A stretch of 32,000 nucleotides of DNA from an uncultured Fibrobacterota bacterium (GCA_963831235.1 CAWHPS010000038.1:75104-107103), one strand, 5' to 3'; shown: positions 1 to 9,130, counted from the first letter of the stretch. Program-made: numbers and translations. The notes: generated by a model from the letters alone, not told the origin.

Positions 1-2289
1 GAGACATTATTTGTAATTGATTCAGGATATACCGTAATTCGCGCCCTGGGAAGGGATTCCAACGAGACTGACCTTTCACATTATCTTGTTTTTAATGGGA
101 AAAAACTTGATTCAGCGTCAGGGTCCCTTAATTTTATTGACACTATTTATGCGGATTCAATAACCGGACTGGACACTATGTCCGTTATTGTTAGGGATGC
201 CTTTACCACTGACACAACAATATTCTTCGCTCGTGTGTCGCATGTGCCTATACTTGACAGTATAGTTTATAAGAACAGCGGCCTTACATTAAAAGGAAAT
301 ACAGTAAATGTTAAAACCATAAACGGTGTCCCCGACACTTTTATTATCCACGCTACGGATCCTGATGTGGTACTGGATGACCGCCTCACGTATCGGATGA
401 CGCAGAACAATGGGACCGATACCAGCGTTGAAACGAATTCTCTTACCGGTCTTTTGATTCACCATTCAGGCCGAACTGACACATCAGCACTTTTCAGGGT
501 ATCAGATAGGTCAGGGATGGTGAAACAAATGGTAATACGATTTCTCTATCCTTCTTTTGAAAAAGGACCTCATTTTGTTTCTGATTCCATATATTTCATG
601 GATAGTATCAGCTTGTATGTAACCCGGGTCAACAAACTAAATGATTCAATAAGCGCTGAAAGCCATGCTGTTAAAATTATCAATTTCGGGACCGATACTC
701 TGCGTTTTCTTTCCGCAGGAACAGTATCAGGGTCTGATAACGGCTGGATCAAAATGGGTTATGCTTCAAACAGCAAGCTTACTAATGTCACATATTCAAA
801 GAGCATTTCAGCGCCACGAATCCTCCTTCCTGGTGACTCGCTGTTCCTTGCAATTCGCGACAGTGCCGCAACCGCTTTTGGTGACTCAGCCGGGTTCCTG
901 CTAAGTCTTGGCAATGCAGACACTGTTGTTATTGACACACTTCTTTTTGCAACAAATGATCCGGAGCGTAGTCCTCTTCGAATTCCAATCAGGATTTTCT
1001 GTCGCGAATCGCCTTATGTGATACGCGATACCGTGGTTTTTATCGGGAGTGTGCCCCCACTGCCCAAGGGGAAAAGTGTCAGTGCCTACAATCCTAAAAA
1101 CGCTGTGTACCGTGAAGTTGCAATGGTATTCAGTGAACCCATGGATCATTCAACTGCCGGGTATGCCTCATTTTCTGTTTACAGTCAGGCAGATTCGTTT
1201 TATTATGCAATGGGGAAACCCGATACAGTAGCACCTTTTCCAGGGCAATACAGGTGGTCCAAGGGAAGCGAAAGCAGGTTCGACACGCTCTTTTTTCGGC
1301 CTAGCCTGGCAAGTGGCAATTATGTAAGTCGTTTTTTCAATATTACTCCTTTGGATGGATATTACATCTCATCAGATCCGGTAAGGGTCAAGGTGTCATC
1401 CTCAATTACGGACATTTCAGGTAACAGGATGGATTTATATCAGGATTATACCCCTGATTCAATAAGGGGGTTCAGGATTTTTAAGGGACAGATTGATTCC
1501 TCCAGTTTACGGGTGTTGTCCATGGACCCGCAAAATGGTTCCGAAGGCGCGCCATCTCTGCCAAGGATAACAATACGCTTCTCCAATATCCTTGATTCAT
1601 TGTCAATTGATACTGCCTCTATTAACAATAGAAGTTTCAAACTGATATCATCAATAAATCCATCTGCTGAAATTGTTTTTAAGAACGGGGTCAGCCTGTC
1701 TGGAAATGTCATATCCTTTTTGTCCGGAACAAAATTCTACAGCAATGATTCAGTAAGTGTAATTGTCTCGTCAAGTCTGCGCGATATCAATCGCAACACC
1801 CTTGATGGAAACAACGATGGTCGAGGTAATTTTTTCTATAAATATGGTTTTGCCACATACAAAATGGCCGATACCATGATAACAGACGAAACCGCATCAG
1901 CAGGGGACAACTACAGGTTCAGTTTCCGGATTGCACGGGAGGATTTCTATTTCTATCCGTGCCCTTATGAACCAGGACGCAATCCTCGGCATGAGGCTTT
2001 GGGAGGGATTGTTTTTAAAAATCTCCATTCACTTTTTAAAAGCACTCTAAGTGGAACGCTCAATGTCCGAATATATAATGTTTCGGGTGATCTTGTTTAT
2101 TCAACAGATAAACAGAGTGAGGCAATTCTTTTCGGAGGTAGGTATGGTTCATTATCCAAGCCGGAGTGGACCTGGAAGGTGACTAATAATAAAAAAGTGC
2201 CGGTTGGTTCAGGGCTTTATCTATTTGTGATATCCGATGGAGATGATAAAAACGTGCTTAACAGGGGGAAATTGATTGTTATTCGTTGA
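1..2289 (+). CDS. Large secreted beta-rich surface protein, 5'-truncated by the window edge; Ig-like (SbsA/Big_5-type) modules and a FlgD-Ig/T9SS-like C-terminal domain
   Basis: Frame 1 is open from nt 1. I translated 1-177 (ETLFVIDSGYTVIRALGRDSNETDLSHYLVFNGKKLD...ITGLDT) with no stop, so the ATG at 178 in the ORF track is internal. PPLPKGKSVSAYNPKNAVYREVAMVFSEPMD and LRVLSMDPQNGSEGAPSLPRITIRFS look like SbsA-type Ig modules. The tail YPCPYEPG...LNVRIYNVSGDLVY...GLYLFVISDG...GKLIVIR resembles the C-terminal sorting beta-sandwich of the other cargo ORFs here. Confidence 0.6.
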   Translation, partial: ETLFVIDSGYTVIRALGRDSNETDLSHYLVFNGKKLDSASGSLNFIDTIYADSITGLDTMSVIVRDAFTTDTTIFFARVSHVPILDSIVYKNSGLTLKGNTVNVKTINGVPDTFIIHATDPDVVLDDRLTYRMTQNNGTDTSVETNSLTGLLIHHSGRTDTSALFRVSDRSGMVKQMVIRFLYPSFEKGPHFVSDSIYFMDSISLYVTRVNKLNDSISAESHAVKIINFGTDTLRFLSAGTVSGSDNGWIKMGYASNSKLTNVTYSKSISAPRILLPGDSLFLAIRDSAATAFGDSAGFLLSLGNADTVVIDTLLFATNDPERSPLRIPIRIFCRESPYVIRDTVVFIGSVPPLPKGKSVSAYNPKNAVYREVAMVFSEPMDHSTAGYASFSVYSQADSFYYAMGKPDTVAPFPGQYRWSKGSESRFDTLFFRPSLASGNYVSRFFNITPLDGYYISSDPVRVKVSSSITDISGNRMDLYQDYTPDSIRGFRIFKGQIDSSSLRVLSMDPQNGSEGAPSLPRITIRFSNILDSLSIDTASINNRSFKLISSINPSAEIVFKNGVSLSGNVISFLSGTKFYSNDSVSVIVSSSLRDINRNTLDGNNDGRGNFFYKYGFATYKMADTMITDETASAGDNYRFSFRIAREDFYFYPCPYEPGRNPRHEALGGIVFKNLHSLFKSTLSGTLNVRIYNVSGDLVYSTDKQSEAILFGGRYGSLSKPEWTWKVTNNKKVPVGSGLYLFVISDGDDKNVLNRGKLIVIR

Positions 2290-2328
2290 CATAATTTTAG
2301 GACTTAACTATTTTTAGGAGGACTAAAA

Positions 2329-3129
2329 ATGATGAAATCACTTATCTGCGCCTTATTCGCGGCTTATTTTCTGTCAGGATGCGCGTCCGCGCCTCCGGCT
2401 GTGCCTGAAGGCGATGTTCTTTTGCCGGAAATCGACATTGTTCAGGTCAAGGAAAGTTCGGACGAGGCCATAAAGATAGCCCAGGAATCAAAGCTTGATG
2501 TTGAGGTCCTTAATTCACGGCTCACTGAAATCAATCATCAGCTGGTCAATTTCTCCGAAGAAATGGCAAGTGTGAGTTCGGCCAAGATCGAAGAGATGGA
2601 AAACAAGATGACCGTTCTTACCGAAGAGGTCAAAAACATCTATAAAGAGCTTGATTCTTTGCGCAAAAAATGCAATACCCCTCCTCGGAAAACTCAGCCC
2701 GCCATCTTCGAATCCTCAACCTTTGGTCCTGGATCAGCAGACAGGTTAATGAGTCTTTCGCAGGATGAAAGGCGTTATCGTCAGGCCCAGTCGTTCTTCA
2801 ACGCAGGTCAGTTTGTTAATGCGGTGGTGGCGTTTAAGGAGGCCCTGAAAGCCGCGCCTGAAGGCAAAAACGCCCCGGATTGCCAGTACTGGATAGGCGA
2901 ATGCTATTTCAAACTCAGCCAGTATGCTTATGCAATAGCGAATTACAAAAAGGTCTTTTCATACTCAAAAAGCGACAAGGCCGATGATGCCCAGATGCGC
3001 ATAGCAATAAGTTATTCAAAACTGGGCGACAACGAACAGGCTGTTGTTGAATTCAAGAACCTCCTTAAAATCTATCCCCAGAGCGAATATGCTGATGAAG
3101 CGAGAAAATTAATATCGCAACTGGAGTAA
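2329..3129 (+). CDS. ybgF: Tol-Pal-associated TPR protein, YbgF/CpoB-like (lipobox signal + coiled coil + C-terminal TPRs)
   Basis: AGGAGG lies 7 nt upstream of the ATG. The signal carries lipobox FLSGC. A heptad-like stretch follows (EVLNSRLTEINHQLVNFSEEMASVSSAKIEEMENKMTVLTEEVKNIYKELDSLRKK). The C-terminal TPRs (YWIGECYFKLSQYAYAIANYKKV ... LKIYPQSEYADEARKLISQLE) are typical of the YbgF family. Confidence 0.55.
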   Translation: MMKSLICALFAAYFLSGCASAPPAVPEGDVLLPEIDIVQVKESSDEAIKIAQESKLDVEVLNSRLTEINHQLVNFSEEMASVSSAKIEEMENKMTVLTEEVKNIYKELDSLRKKCNTPPRKTQPAIFESSTFGPGSADRLMSLSQDERRYRQAQSFFNAGQFVNAVVAFKEALKAAPEGKNAPDCQYWIGECYFKLSQYAYAIANYKKVFSYSKSDKADDAQMRIAISYSKLGDNEQAVVEFKNLLKIYPQSEYADEARKLISQLE

Positions 3130-3137
3130 AGGACATA

Positions 3138-4040
3138 ATGCAATACCGTTTCCCCATTATTTTTCTTGCTCTTTTGAGCTTATGGTTTTGTTCGTGCAGC
3201 TCAAAGTTTGTTGCTCCTGAACCATCGGTTGAAGACCTCCTCTCCGAGGCAAAGGGGCTTATGAATAAGGGGAATTATGGTCTTGCAAAAGAGAAATTTG
3301 AGGCCATACGCTTTGATTATCCCGGCAATTCCCTTATTGGCGAGGTCCAGTTCTATATCGGGCTGTGTTATTTTGATTTAAAGGAATATCTTATTGCACA
3401 GCAGGAATTCGAATCATTCCTGCGCGAATTCCCATCAAGCAATCCATTTTCAGATGATGCCATGTATTATCTAAGTCGTACTATATTCGAGCAGGCGTTG
3501 CCTGTACGGCTCGATCAGGCCATTACCCGAAAAGCGCTTGAGCAGGCTGATGCGTTTCTTGAAACATATCCCCAAAGTGATTTCACTGAAGAAGTCCGGA
3601 AACTTAAAACCAGATGCATTGATCGCCTTGCAGAGAAGGAATTCCTTGATGGACGATTATATCGGCGGATGGGGTATCCTTCATCAGCCATTCTTTATTT
3701 CAGGATGCTTGTAAAGGATTTCCCCGGCAACCATTGGATTTTACGGGGCCGCTATGAATGGTCCCGTGCTCTTTACGAACAGAAAAACTATACTGAAGCG
3801 CTATCCATGATTGATACCTGCAGAAAAGAACTTGCCCAATTATCCCAAAAGGAACAGGATAATTTTATTCTTAAAGAGGCGCATGGGTTTCCATATAAAC
3901 TGGTCCATTTATTCGGCCTAATCAATTACGAATCCCGTTCGGAAATCAAAATTTATATTGATGATCTTTATTCGGATCTGTCAACACTCTCGGTCAAAAT
4001 AGAAAAAAAACTTAAAAAGCTCTCCGCCCGCAAAAAATAA
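3138..4040 (+). CDS. bamD: Outer-membrane protein assembly factor BamD (YfiO-family TPR lipoprotein)
   Basis: The signal peptide ends FCSCSS. NYGLAKEKFEAIRFDYPGNSLIGEVQFYIGLCYF and AFLETYPQSDFTEEVRKLKTRCIDRLAEKEFLDGRLYRRMGYPSSAILYFRMLVKDFPGN follow the BamD pattern (yP.S.y ... LA.kE...g.fY.r.g.y.aA). Confidence 0.75.
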   Translation: MQYRFPIIFLALLSLWFCSCSSKFVAPEPSVEDLLSEAKGLMNKGNYGLAKEKFEAIRFDYPGNSLIGEVQFYIGLCYFDLKEYLIAQQEFESFLREFPSSNPFSDDAMYYLSRTIFEQALPVRLDQAITRKALEQADAFLETYPQSDFTEEVRKLKTRCIDRLAEKEFLDGRLYRRMGYPSSAILYFRMLVKDFPGNHWILRGRYEWSRALYEQKNYTEALSMIDTCRKELAQLSQKEQDNFILKEAHGFPYKLVHLFGLINYESRSEIKIYIDDLYSDLSTLSVKIEKKLKKLSARKK

Positions 4041-4055
4041 CAAGACTTATATATT

Positions 4056-4637
4056 GTGGAAGAAAAACGAATTGGTATCTTTGGTGGTGTCTTTGATCCT
4101 GTCCATAACGGTCATTTTGCCATAGTTGAAGCGGCCCTGGAAAATTATTCACTTGATTCCATTTATGTTATTCCGTGCAATGTGCCATCCCACAAACCCC
4201 AGCCCATAATTCCTGCAAATGAGCGGCTTAAGCTTCTTGATGCCGTATTTGGAGACAACGAGCGTGTTGTTGTTTCAGACATTGAAATAAGGCGTGGAGG
4301 GGTATCGTACACTTATGAGACTATAACCGCAGTTCGAAAAGTCGAGGGTGTGCGTCCTTATTTTTTTATGGGAGCGGATAATCTCTCGGAAATAAAAACA
4401 TGGAAAAACCCTGATAAAATACTTTCCGAATCCCAAGTGGTTGCCATTATGAGGCCGGGATATGATTTCATTGATAAATTCCCTGAATATGATGATAAAA
4501 TTCTTACCATGCATATGCCCTTGCTTTATGTGTCTTCCACTGAAGTGCGCAAACGCCTTAAGATGAGGGAGGATACAGGGCATCTTGTTCCGGTGCCTGC
4601 TCTTGACATAATCTTAAAGAGGGGCTTTTATCTTTGA
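4056..4637 (+). CDS. nadD: Nicotinate-nucleotide adenylyltransferase
   Basis: GTG start. GIFGGVFDPVHNGHF matches the GxFxPxHxGH nucleotidyltransferase motif, and the C-terminal SSTEVRKRL matches the ISSTxIR motif. Size of 193 aa fits. Confidence 0.9.
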   Translation: MEEKRIGIFGGVFDPVHNGHFAIVEAALENYSLDSIYVIPCNVPSHKPQPIIPANERLKLLDAVFGDNERVVVSDIEIRRGGVSYTYETITAVRKVEGVRPYFFMGADNLSEIKTWKNPDKILSESQVVAIMRPGYDFIDKFPEYDDKILTMHMPLLYVSSTEVRKRLKMREDTGHLVPVPALDIILKRGFYL

Positions 4638-4649
4638 ATCGCCTTAAAG

Positions 4650-5609
4650 TCAATTTGGCGGTCGGCAGGCTCCGATTCCTTCTCTATGCGTACAATTTTC
4701 CTCTTCCGCGTCAACCTGAATCGTTGCATGCGTTATGTTAAAGTCATGTTCCAGTATTTCACGAATACGGGCAATAACCGCGCCGCTTTCCTTAATTGTC
4801 ATGTTTTCCAGGAATACATGAAGCGTGGCCGCATAAAGATGGCCTGTAATGACCCAGATATGGACATCATGTAAATCCTTAAGCCCTTTTACTTCCGCCA
4901 ATAGTTTTTTCCTTACATTCCTTACATGTACATCTTTTGGCGTGGCTTCGAGCAGGATGTTTACGGATTCCCTGAGCAGTCTCCATGCCCATAGCAGTAT
5001 CAAAACGCTTATTCCAAGACTTAATACAGGGTCAATCAGTATCCATCCCTTGAAATAAATCAGTATGCCGCCTATGATGATAAAAACAGATGAAAGCGTA
5101 TCTGATAATACATGAAGAAAAGCGGAACGAATGTTTATGTCCTTCTCAGAGTCCTTTTTTAGTATGAAAAAACTTACCATGTTTGCAACAAGACCTATCA
5201 GGGCAATGCCTATCATCTCCGCAACGCGTATGGTTGACGGATGCATTATGCGTGACACAGCCTCGTATGCAATCCAAATCACGGCAAAGAAAAGGAAGAG
5301 TGAATTGACAAAGGTAGCCAGTATCTCGGCCCTGAAATAGCCGAAAGACTTTCTGTCGTTAAACCCGCGTGATGCGAGTAGTATTGCGACGAGGCTTGTT
5401 GACAAAGCAAAAATATGCGTGAACATGTGGCCGGCATCTGATAAAAGGGCCAGGCTTCCTGAAATTATACCACCTGCAAATTCGAGGAACATTACAATGC
5501 CGTTGACGATAATTGCGGTTACAAGATGTTTTTTCTCCGAGGCCTTGTATATTGATCCATGATGTGAGTGATCATGATTTGAATGATCGTGTCCGTGAAA
5601 ATGTCCCAT
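4650..5609 (-). CDS. czcD: Cation diffusion facilitator (CDF) family divalent-metal efflux transporter with His-rich N-terminus
   Basis: N-terminus is MGHFHGHDHSNHDHSHHGS. Six hydrophobic segments are present. The metal-site helices LLSDAGHMFTH and FLHVLSDTLSS are followed by a cytoplasmic C-terminal domain (KDLHDVHIWVITG...ATLHV). It is convergent with nadD across a 12-bp gap. Confidence 0.85.
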   Translation of the reverse strand: MGHFHGHDHSNHDHSHHGSIYKASEKKHLVTAIIVNGIVMFLEFAGGIISGSLALLSDAGHMFTHIFALSTSLVAILLASRGFNDRKSFGYFRAEILATFVNSLFLFFAVIWIAYEAVSRIMHPSTIRVAEMIGIALIGLVANMVSFFILKKDSEKDINIRSAFLHVLSDTLSSVFIIIGGILIYFKGWILIDPVLSLGISVLILLWAWRLLRESVNILLEATPKDVHVRNVRKKLLAEVKGLKDLHDVHIWVITGHLYAATLHVFLENMTIKESGAVIARIREILEHDFNITHATIQVDAEEENCTHREGIGACRPPN

Positions 5610-5624
5610 TATGATATCAAGATA

Positions 5625-5642
5625 GTAATTTACGGAAATTAC
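5625..5642. promoter_or_regulatory. 7-4-7 inverted repeat GTAATTT-acgg-AAATTAC just upstream of the CDF transporter start; possible operator or 5'-UTR hairpin
   Basis: Read directly from the sequence. It lies 16-33 nt upstream of the start codon at 5609 (minus strand). No cognate regulator is visible in the window. Confidence 0.2.
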
Positions 5643-5672
5643 ATGAAAGGTTTAAACTTGCAAATGAATGAA

Positions 5673-5831
5673 TGTCCGGCGGCACTGAGGCCGCCGGCTA
5701 GTCAGGTCTTCAGGATGCAGGCGGGGGTGATATTTTTGTAGAGGCGTAGCATGATGTTACGCCTCTACAAAAATATCACCCCAAAACACAAAAAAATATT
5801 GATTAGGCGGCGGCCTCAGTGCCGCCGCACA
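5673..5831. repeat. 159-bp nested inverted-repeat element: two inverted GC-rich hairpin modules flanking a perfect 25-bp palindromic hairpin
   Basis: Left arm 5673-5700 is tgtccggcggcactgaggccgccggcta. Right arm 5804-5831 taggcggcggcctcagtgccgccgcaca is its reverse complement at 26/28 positions. The inner inverted repeat is 5724-5748 ggggtgatatttttgtagaggcgta / 5758-5782 tacgcctctacaaaaatatcacccc (25/25, 9-nt loop). It sits in the 499-bp divergent intergenic region. Confidence 0.8.
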
Positions 5832-6108
5832 AAATCGGTAATAACCCTGTTTTACATATATTTCAAATTCCTGTCAACAGAATGCCAACTAACCTGGCAA
5901 AACATCAAAAAGTTGAAATCGTTAAAAAGAAGTAAATACTTGATTTGTCAAATGTTCCGAAGATATTGCTTGATGGCTTGAAAGTTGCATAAATATTTAT
6001 TATTAATACTATATTTATCATAAAAATAAAATAACTGTTGATATTATTATGTGGATGAAAATATTTTTTAAAATTCAATGATAATATCAATTATTTCAAA
6101 ATAATACT

Positions 6109-7014
6109 ATGCCCATAATAAGCAGACGCGAAAAATATAAAGGTGCCCAGCGGACGGCCTATTTGATAGCAATCGGCATCCATGTGCTTCTTGCCGTAAT
6201 TTTCTGGAACACAGGCGGCGATAAAATCATCAAAGATATTGTAATGGAAGTGGTTTCGGCAAAAAGCGGCCCGCCTCCAAAACCTCCGGCACCTAAAATC
6301 AAACCTATTGCGATGGTCAAACCCGCTGCCTCCCTTGTAAAATTTGAAGTCAAAAACGCTGCGCGCATTGATCCGGGTTTTGCTCCTGTATTCAAGGAGA
6401 TCTCGGCAGTCAGTACTGATGTCGGCCAGGTTAACTTCACCAACATGGCCCAGACCTACTCGGTCAAGTCCTTCAGTCTTGACAAGTCGCAGATTTCAAA
6501 TGTAACGACCGACATCTTAAAGGTGATGGGTGTAGGCGATATGATGGACAATGCAAGGGGAACCAAGGTGTCTGGTGTGGGTAAAAGGATGCGTGCAAGG
6601 CTTAATCTATGCCTTTTCAGCACGCCTGGCGCATCTGTTATAGGGCCGACCGGCCGCAAGAGTGAAACAAACAAGTCTGCCAACGAAGACACTCTTTCGA
6701 CCCGGGTTACGTGGGAATATGTTTTTCGGAAATACAGTTCCATTGATCGTGCCCGCGCCTGGTTAAAAGAGAATACACAGATTCAGGTCACTGATAATAC
6801 CGTAACAATCGTAGGCGATGTAAACTTTTCCGATTGGCTCAATAACATTCATAAAAAAGGTGCATTAACGGTTGACAGTGCCTCGTTTTATTATGAAAAT
6901 ACCGGCATAAAACGTCTTGAAAAAGCTGTTGAAGAATTGGATCGTAATAAAATGTCGGGCAGCCGTGAGTTTGTTACCAAGGCGAGGGCCGACGGTTTAT
7001 ACTTATATTCATAA
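6109..7014 (+). CDS. Membrane-anchored proline-rich protein of unknown function (possibly the N-terminal part of a split DUF4159-like protein)
   Basis: A single TM segment (TAYLIAIGIHVLLAVIFW) is followed by SGPPPKPPAPKIKP. This is a TonB-like N-terminal architecture, but I recognise no TonB C-terminal domain. Confidence 0.6.
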   Translation: MPIISRREKYKGAQRTAYLIAIGIHVLLAVIFWNTGGDKIIKDIVMEVVSAKSGPPPKPPAPKIKPIAMVKPAASLVKFEVKNAARIDPGFAPVFKEISAVSTDVGQVNFTNMAQTYSVKSFSLDKSQISNVTTDILKVMGVGDMMDNARGTKVSGVGKRMRARLNLCLFSTPGASVIGPTGRKSETNKSANEDTLSTRVTWEYVFRKYSSIDRARAWLKENTQIQVTDNTVTIVGDVNFSDWLNNIHKKGALTVDSASFYYENTGIKRLEKAVEELDRNKMSGSREFVTKARADGLYLYS

Positions 7015-7042
7015 TAAATACGAGATAGAAGAACCTGATATA

Positions 7043-8080
7043 ATGCCTCCTGATGTGCTTATAAAAAAGATTGAGGAAAGGAATATATTAAGGGAGTGGC
7101 GTAAGCGCGGCTTAATCAGTATTGTCACGGCAGCGAACAGTTTAAAACCTGAAATGTCAGAAACAAGCCTCCAGAACGGTCTTGCGCCTATTTACTCTTT
7201 CTTCAAGAAATCTCAGTTACTTGAAAATCCACTTCTTATTATCTGCAATCCTGTGGGTCTCGAGAAAATAACCGAAGAAAATCTGGAACTTCTAAGAAAT
7301 TATGTTATGAATGGCGGGTTTATCTGGATAGACGACACTGGCCTTGCAACCGGCAATATCAAGGGACAGAATGAAGTGGCGCGAAGCTTTATTTACAGGC
7401 TCATGGATTTTGATTCCCGCCAGGAGCTTTCTGATAAGGAAATGGAAACATTCAAGAAGCTTTCCGCTGAAGATAAAAACGTACAGGGATATATTCTTGG
7501 AGACCCTTTTCCAAGCCCTGCTCACCCACAGGCCTTTATACCTATTACAGTGCCACAGAATGGTCCTGTGACGGTCCGTATATTCAATCGTCTTGAAATA
7601 CCGGTCAAACAGTTTGTCTGGACCAAAGACAAACCCATGAAGGCTGGGAGTTATATCAGGAAAGAGATTGCCTTAACCTGGAATTGCGACAATAACGACA
7701 ACGAGCCTGTTGAGAGCGGCACATATTTCATACAGCTCCAAGCCGGATTGTATCAGAAAACAAAGGTTATTCGTGTGAGTAAGCTGCGCATGCTTGATGA
7801 AAAGCATCCTATAATGAGTGTGGTACACACATTCCGCAATATTCCGGTTTGTACCATTGAAAGCTCCTCAAGATACTGGGATACACGTTCTTATGGCAAC
7901 GCGGCCTTCGGTTATTATTACAATGGCCGGATGGTCATACTATATACCGAAAGCGCTGGTATTGTAGCAGGCCTTGGTGACCTTAAAAATCCTGTGGGCA
8001 TGGTAATGGCCTCCAAGTTTTTAAATAATGTCATTGCATTCTGCCTCTCGGATGAAGACGGTGTTGCCATCAGGCCTTAA
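7043..8080 (+). CDS. DUF4159-like protein carrying an internal FlgD-Ig-like beta-sandwich insertion
   Basis: PLLIICNPVGLEKITEENLELLRNYVMNGGFIWIDD resembles the DUF4159 core, which I recall from memory as PFLYMTG...LR.YL..GGFL..DD. HPIMSVVH...GYYYNGRMVILYTES resembles its C-terminal half. I chose the ATG at 7043 because it follows the upstream stop (7012-7014). The ORF-track start at 6917 overlaps the upstream gene by 98 nt in another frame. Confidence 0.55.
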   Translation: MPPDVLIKKIEERNILREWRKRGLISIVTAANSLKPEMSETSLQNGLAPIYSFFKKSQLLENPLLIICNPVGLEKITEENLELLRNYVMNGGFIWIDDTGLATGNIKGQNEVARSFIYRLMDFDSRQELSDKEMETFKKLSAEDKNVQGYILGDPFPSPAHPQAFIPITVPQNGPVTVRIFNRLEIPVKQFVWTKDKPMKAGSYIRKEIALTWNCDNNDNEPVESGTYFIQLQAGLYQKTKVIRVSKLRMLDEKHPIMSVVHTFRNIPVCTIESSSRYWDTRSYGNAAFGYYYNGRMVILYTESAGIVAGLGDLKNPVGMVMASKFLNNVIAFCLSDEDGVAIRP

Positions 8081-8183
8081 TTGCCTTGTATTCGGTTTTC
8101 CATTGCCATAACCCTGTTCGTAGAAAAACATCGCAGTATTCCATTGATAAAGTGGAAAACATAAAATTATTTTTAAAGATTCC

Positions 8184-9083
8184 ATGTTTATACTTATCAT
8201 CATCTTATTAAATGGCACTCTTTTGTTTGCCGGGCATAATCTTATTATTTCAGAGTATTCGAATTCAACTGGCAAACAGGCACTTGATAGCGTTGCAGCC
8301 CCTATAAAGGAAATATTCGGTTCAAAGTTCGCGGCTTACGGAATAGAGGTTCTTGACGCCACCAATTCGGATACCCGCGAGTTTTTAAGCTCCAACAGCC
8401 ATGAAACAATCCTTAAAATAAAAGCGGAAGGGGATGCTGCAACCAATATTGTTTTTACCATTGAGGTTGGGGATGACAGGAAAATATACACCAAACAGAT
8501 CACCTATAATGATATGGAAAGCATGGATCAAAACATAACCGTTATGACGGTTAAAATCCTTCATGTCTTTGAGAGCGCTATCTTATCCAGGGTCCAGATT
8601 ACATCTGATCCCACTTTCGCGCATATAATAATTGACAAAAAAGTCAAAGCCGTCACTCCCTGGGAATCATATCTTGCCCCTGGCAATCATGATATCTCAC
8701 TTGAACTTGCCGGGTATGAACCATTGGAAAAAAAACTTGTGGTAACTCCTGGCAACAACCGGCTCAATTTTACGCTTATGCCAATAGGAATGAACGATAC
8801 AATTATTGTTCATGAAAAGCCATTACCCAAAGAAAAGATATCCTCGAAAACCCTTTTTATTATTTCTTTTGCAGGGGCCCTTCTGGCAGGTGTTGCACAA
8901 TGGCAGTATTCGACTACTGATAAGGAATATGATCAATTAATATCAAATGATAAGGGTAAATACGATGCTCTAGATAAAAAGGCTGAATATTCCATGTTTC
9001 TGCGTAACACCGGTATTGTTATATCCGTTTCCGGGCTATGCTTTTGCACATATAATAGAATAAAGAATGGTCGATGGTTCTAA
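8184..9083 (+). CDS. PEGA-domain envelope protein with C-terminal membrane segments
   Basis: VQITSDPTFAHIIIDKKVKAVTPWESYLAPGNHDISLELAGYEPLEKKLVVTPGNNRLNFTL fits the PEGA pattern. The N-terminus is hydrophobic, and hydrophobic C-terminal stretches are present (LFIISFAGALLAGVAQW; GIVISVSGLCFC). Confidence 0.7.
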   Translation: MFILIIILLNGTLLFAGHNLIISEYSNSTGKQALDSVAAPIKEIFGSKFAAYGIEVLDATNSDTREFLSSNSHETILKIKAEGDAATNIVFTIEVGDDRKIYTKQITYNDMESMDQNITVMTVKILHVFESAILSRVQITSDPTFAHIIIDKKVKAVTPWESYLAPGNHDISLELAGYEPLEKKLVVTPGNNRLNFTLMPIGMNDTIIVHEKPLPKEKISSKTLFIISFAGALLAGVAQWQYSTTDKEYDQLISNDKGKYDALDKKAEYSMFLRNTGIVISVSGLCFCTYNRIKNGRWF

Positions 9084-9130
9084 CAAGTTGATATTAATAA
9101 AGATAAGGTTTATCAGGCTTGTTTGTTAAA

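Noticed and set aside
5751-5981. 76-aa ORF in the czcD-upstream intergenic region.
   Set aside because: It starts in the loop of the 25-bp hairpin and runs through the repeat arm. It has no RBS and its composition is basic and low-complexity.
5980-6108. Replication-origin-like region: extremely AT-rich DNA with a DnaA-box-like TGTGGATGA (8/9 to the complement of TTATCCACA).
   Set aside because: Only one box is present and there is no dnaA/dnaN context. AT-rich promoter DNA between divergent genes is a sufficient explanation.
6917-7042. ORF-track start at 6917 for the DUF4159-like gene.
   Set aside because: It overlaps the upstream ORF by 98 nt in a different frame. The ATG at 7043 follows the upstream stop. 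The frameshift alternative is kept as a finding.
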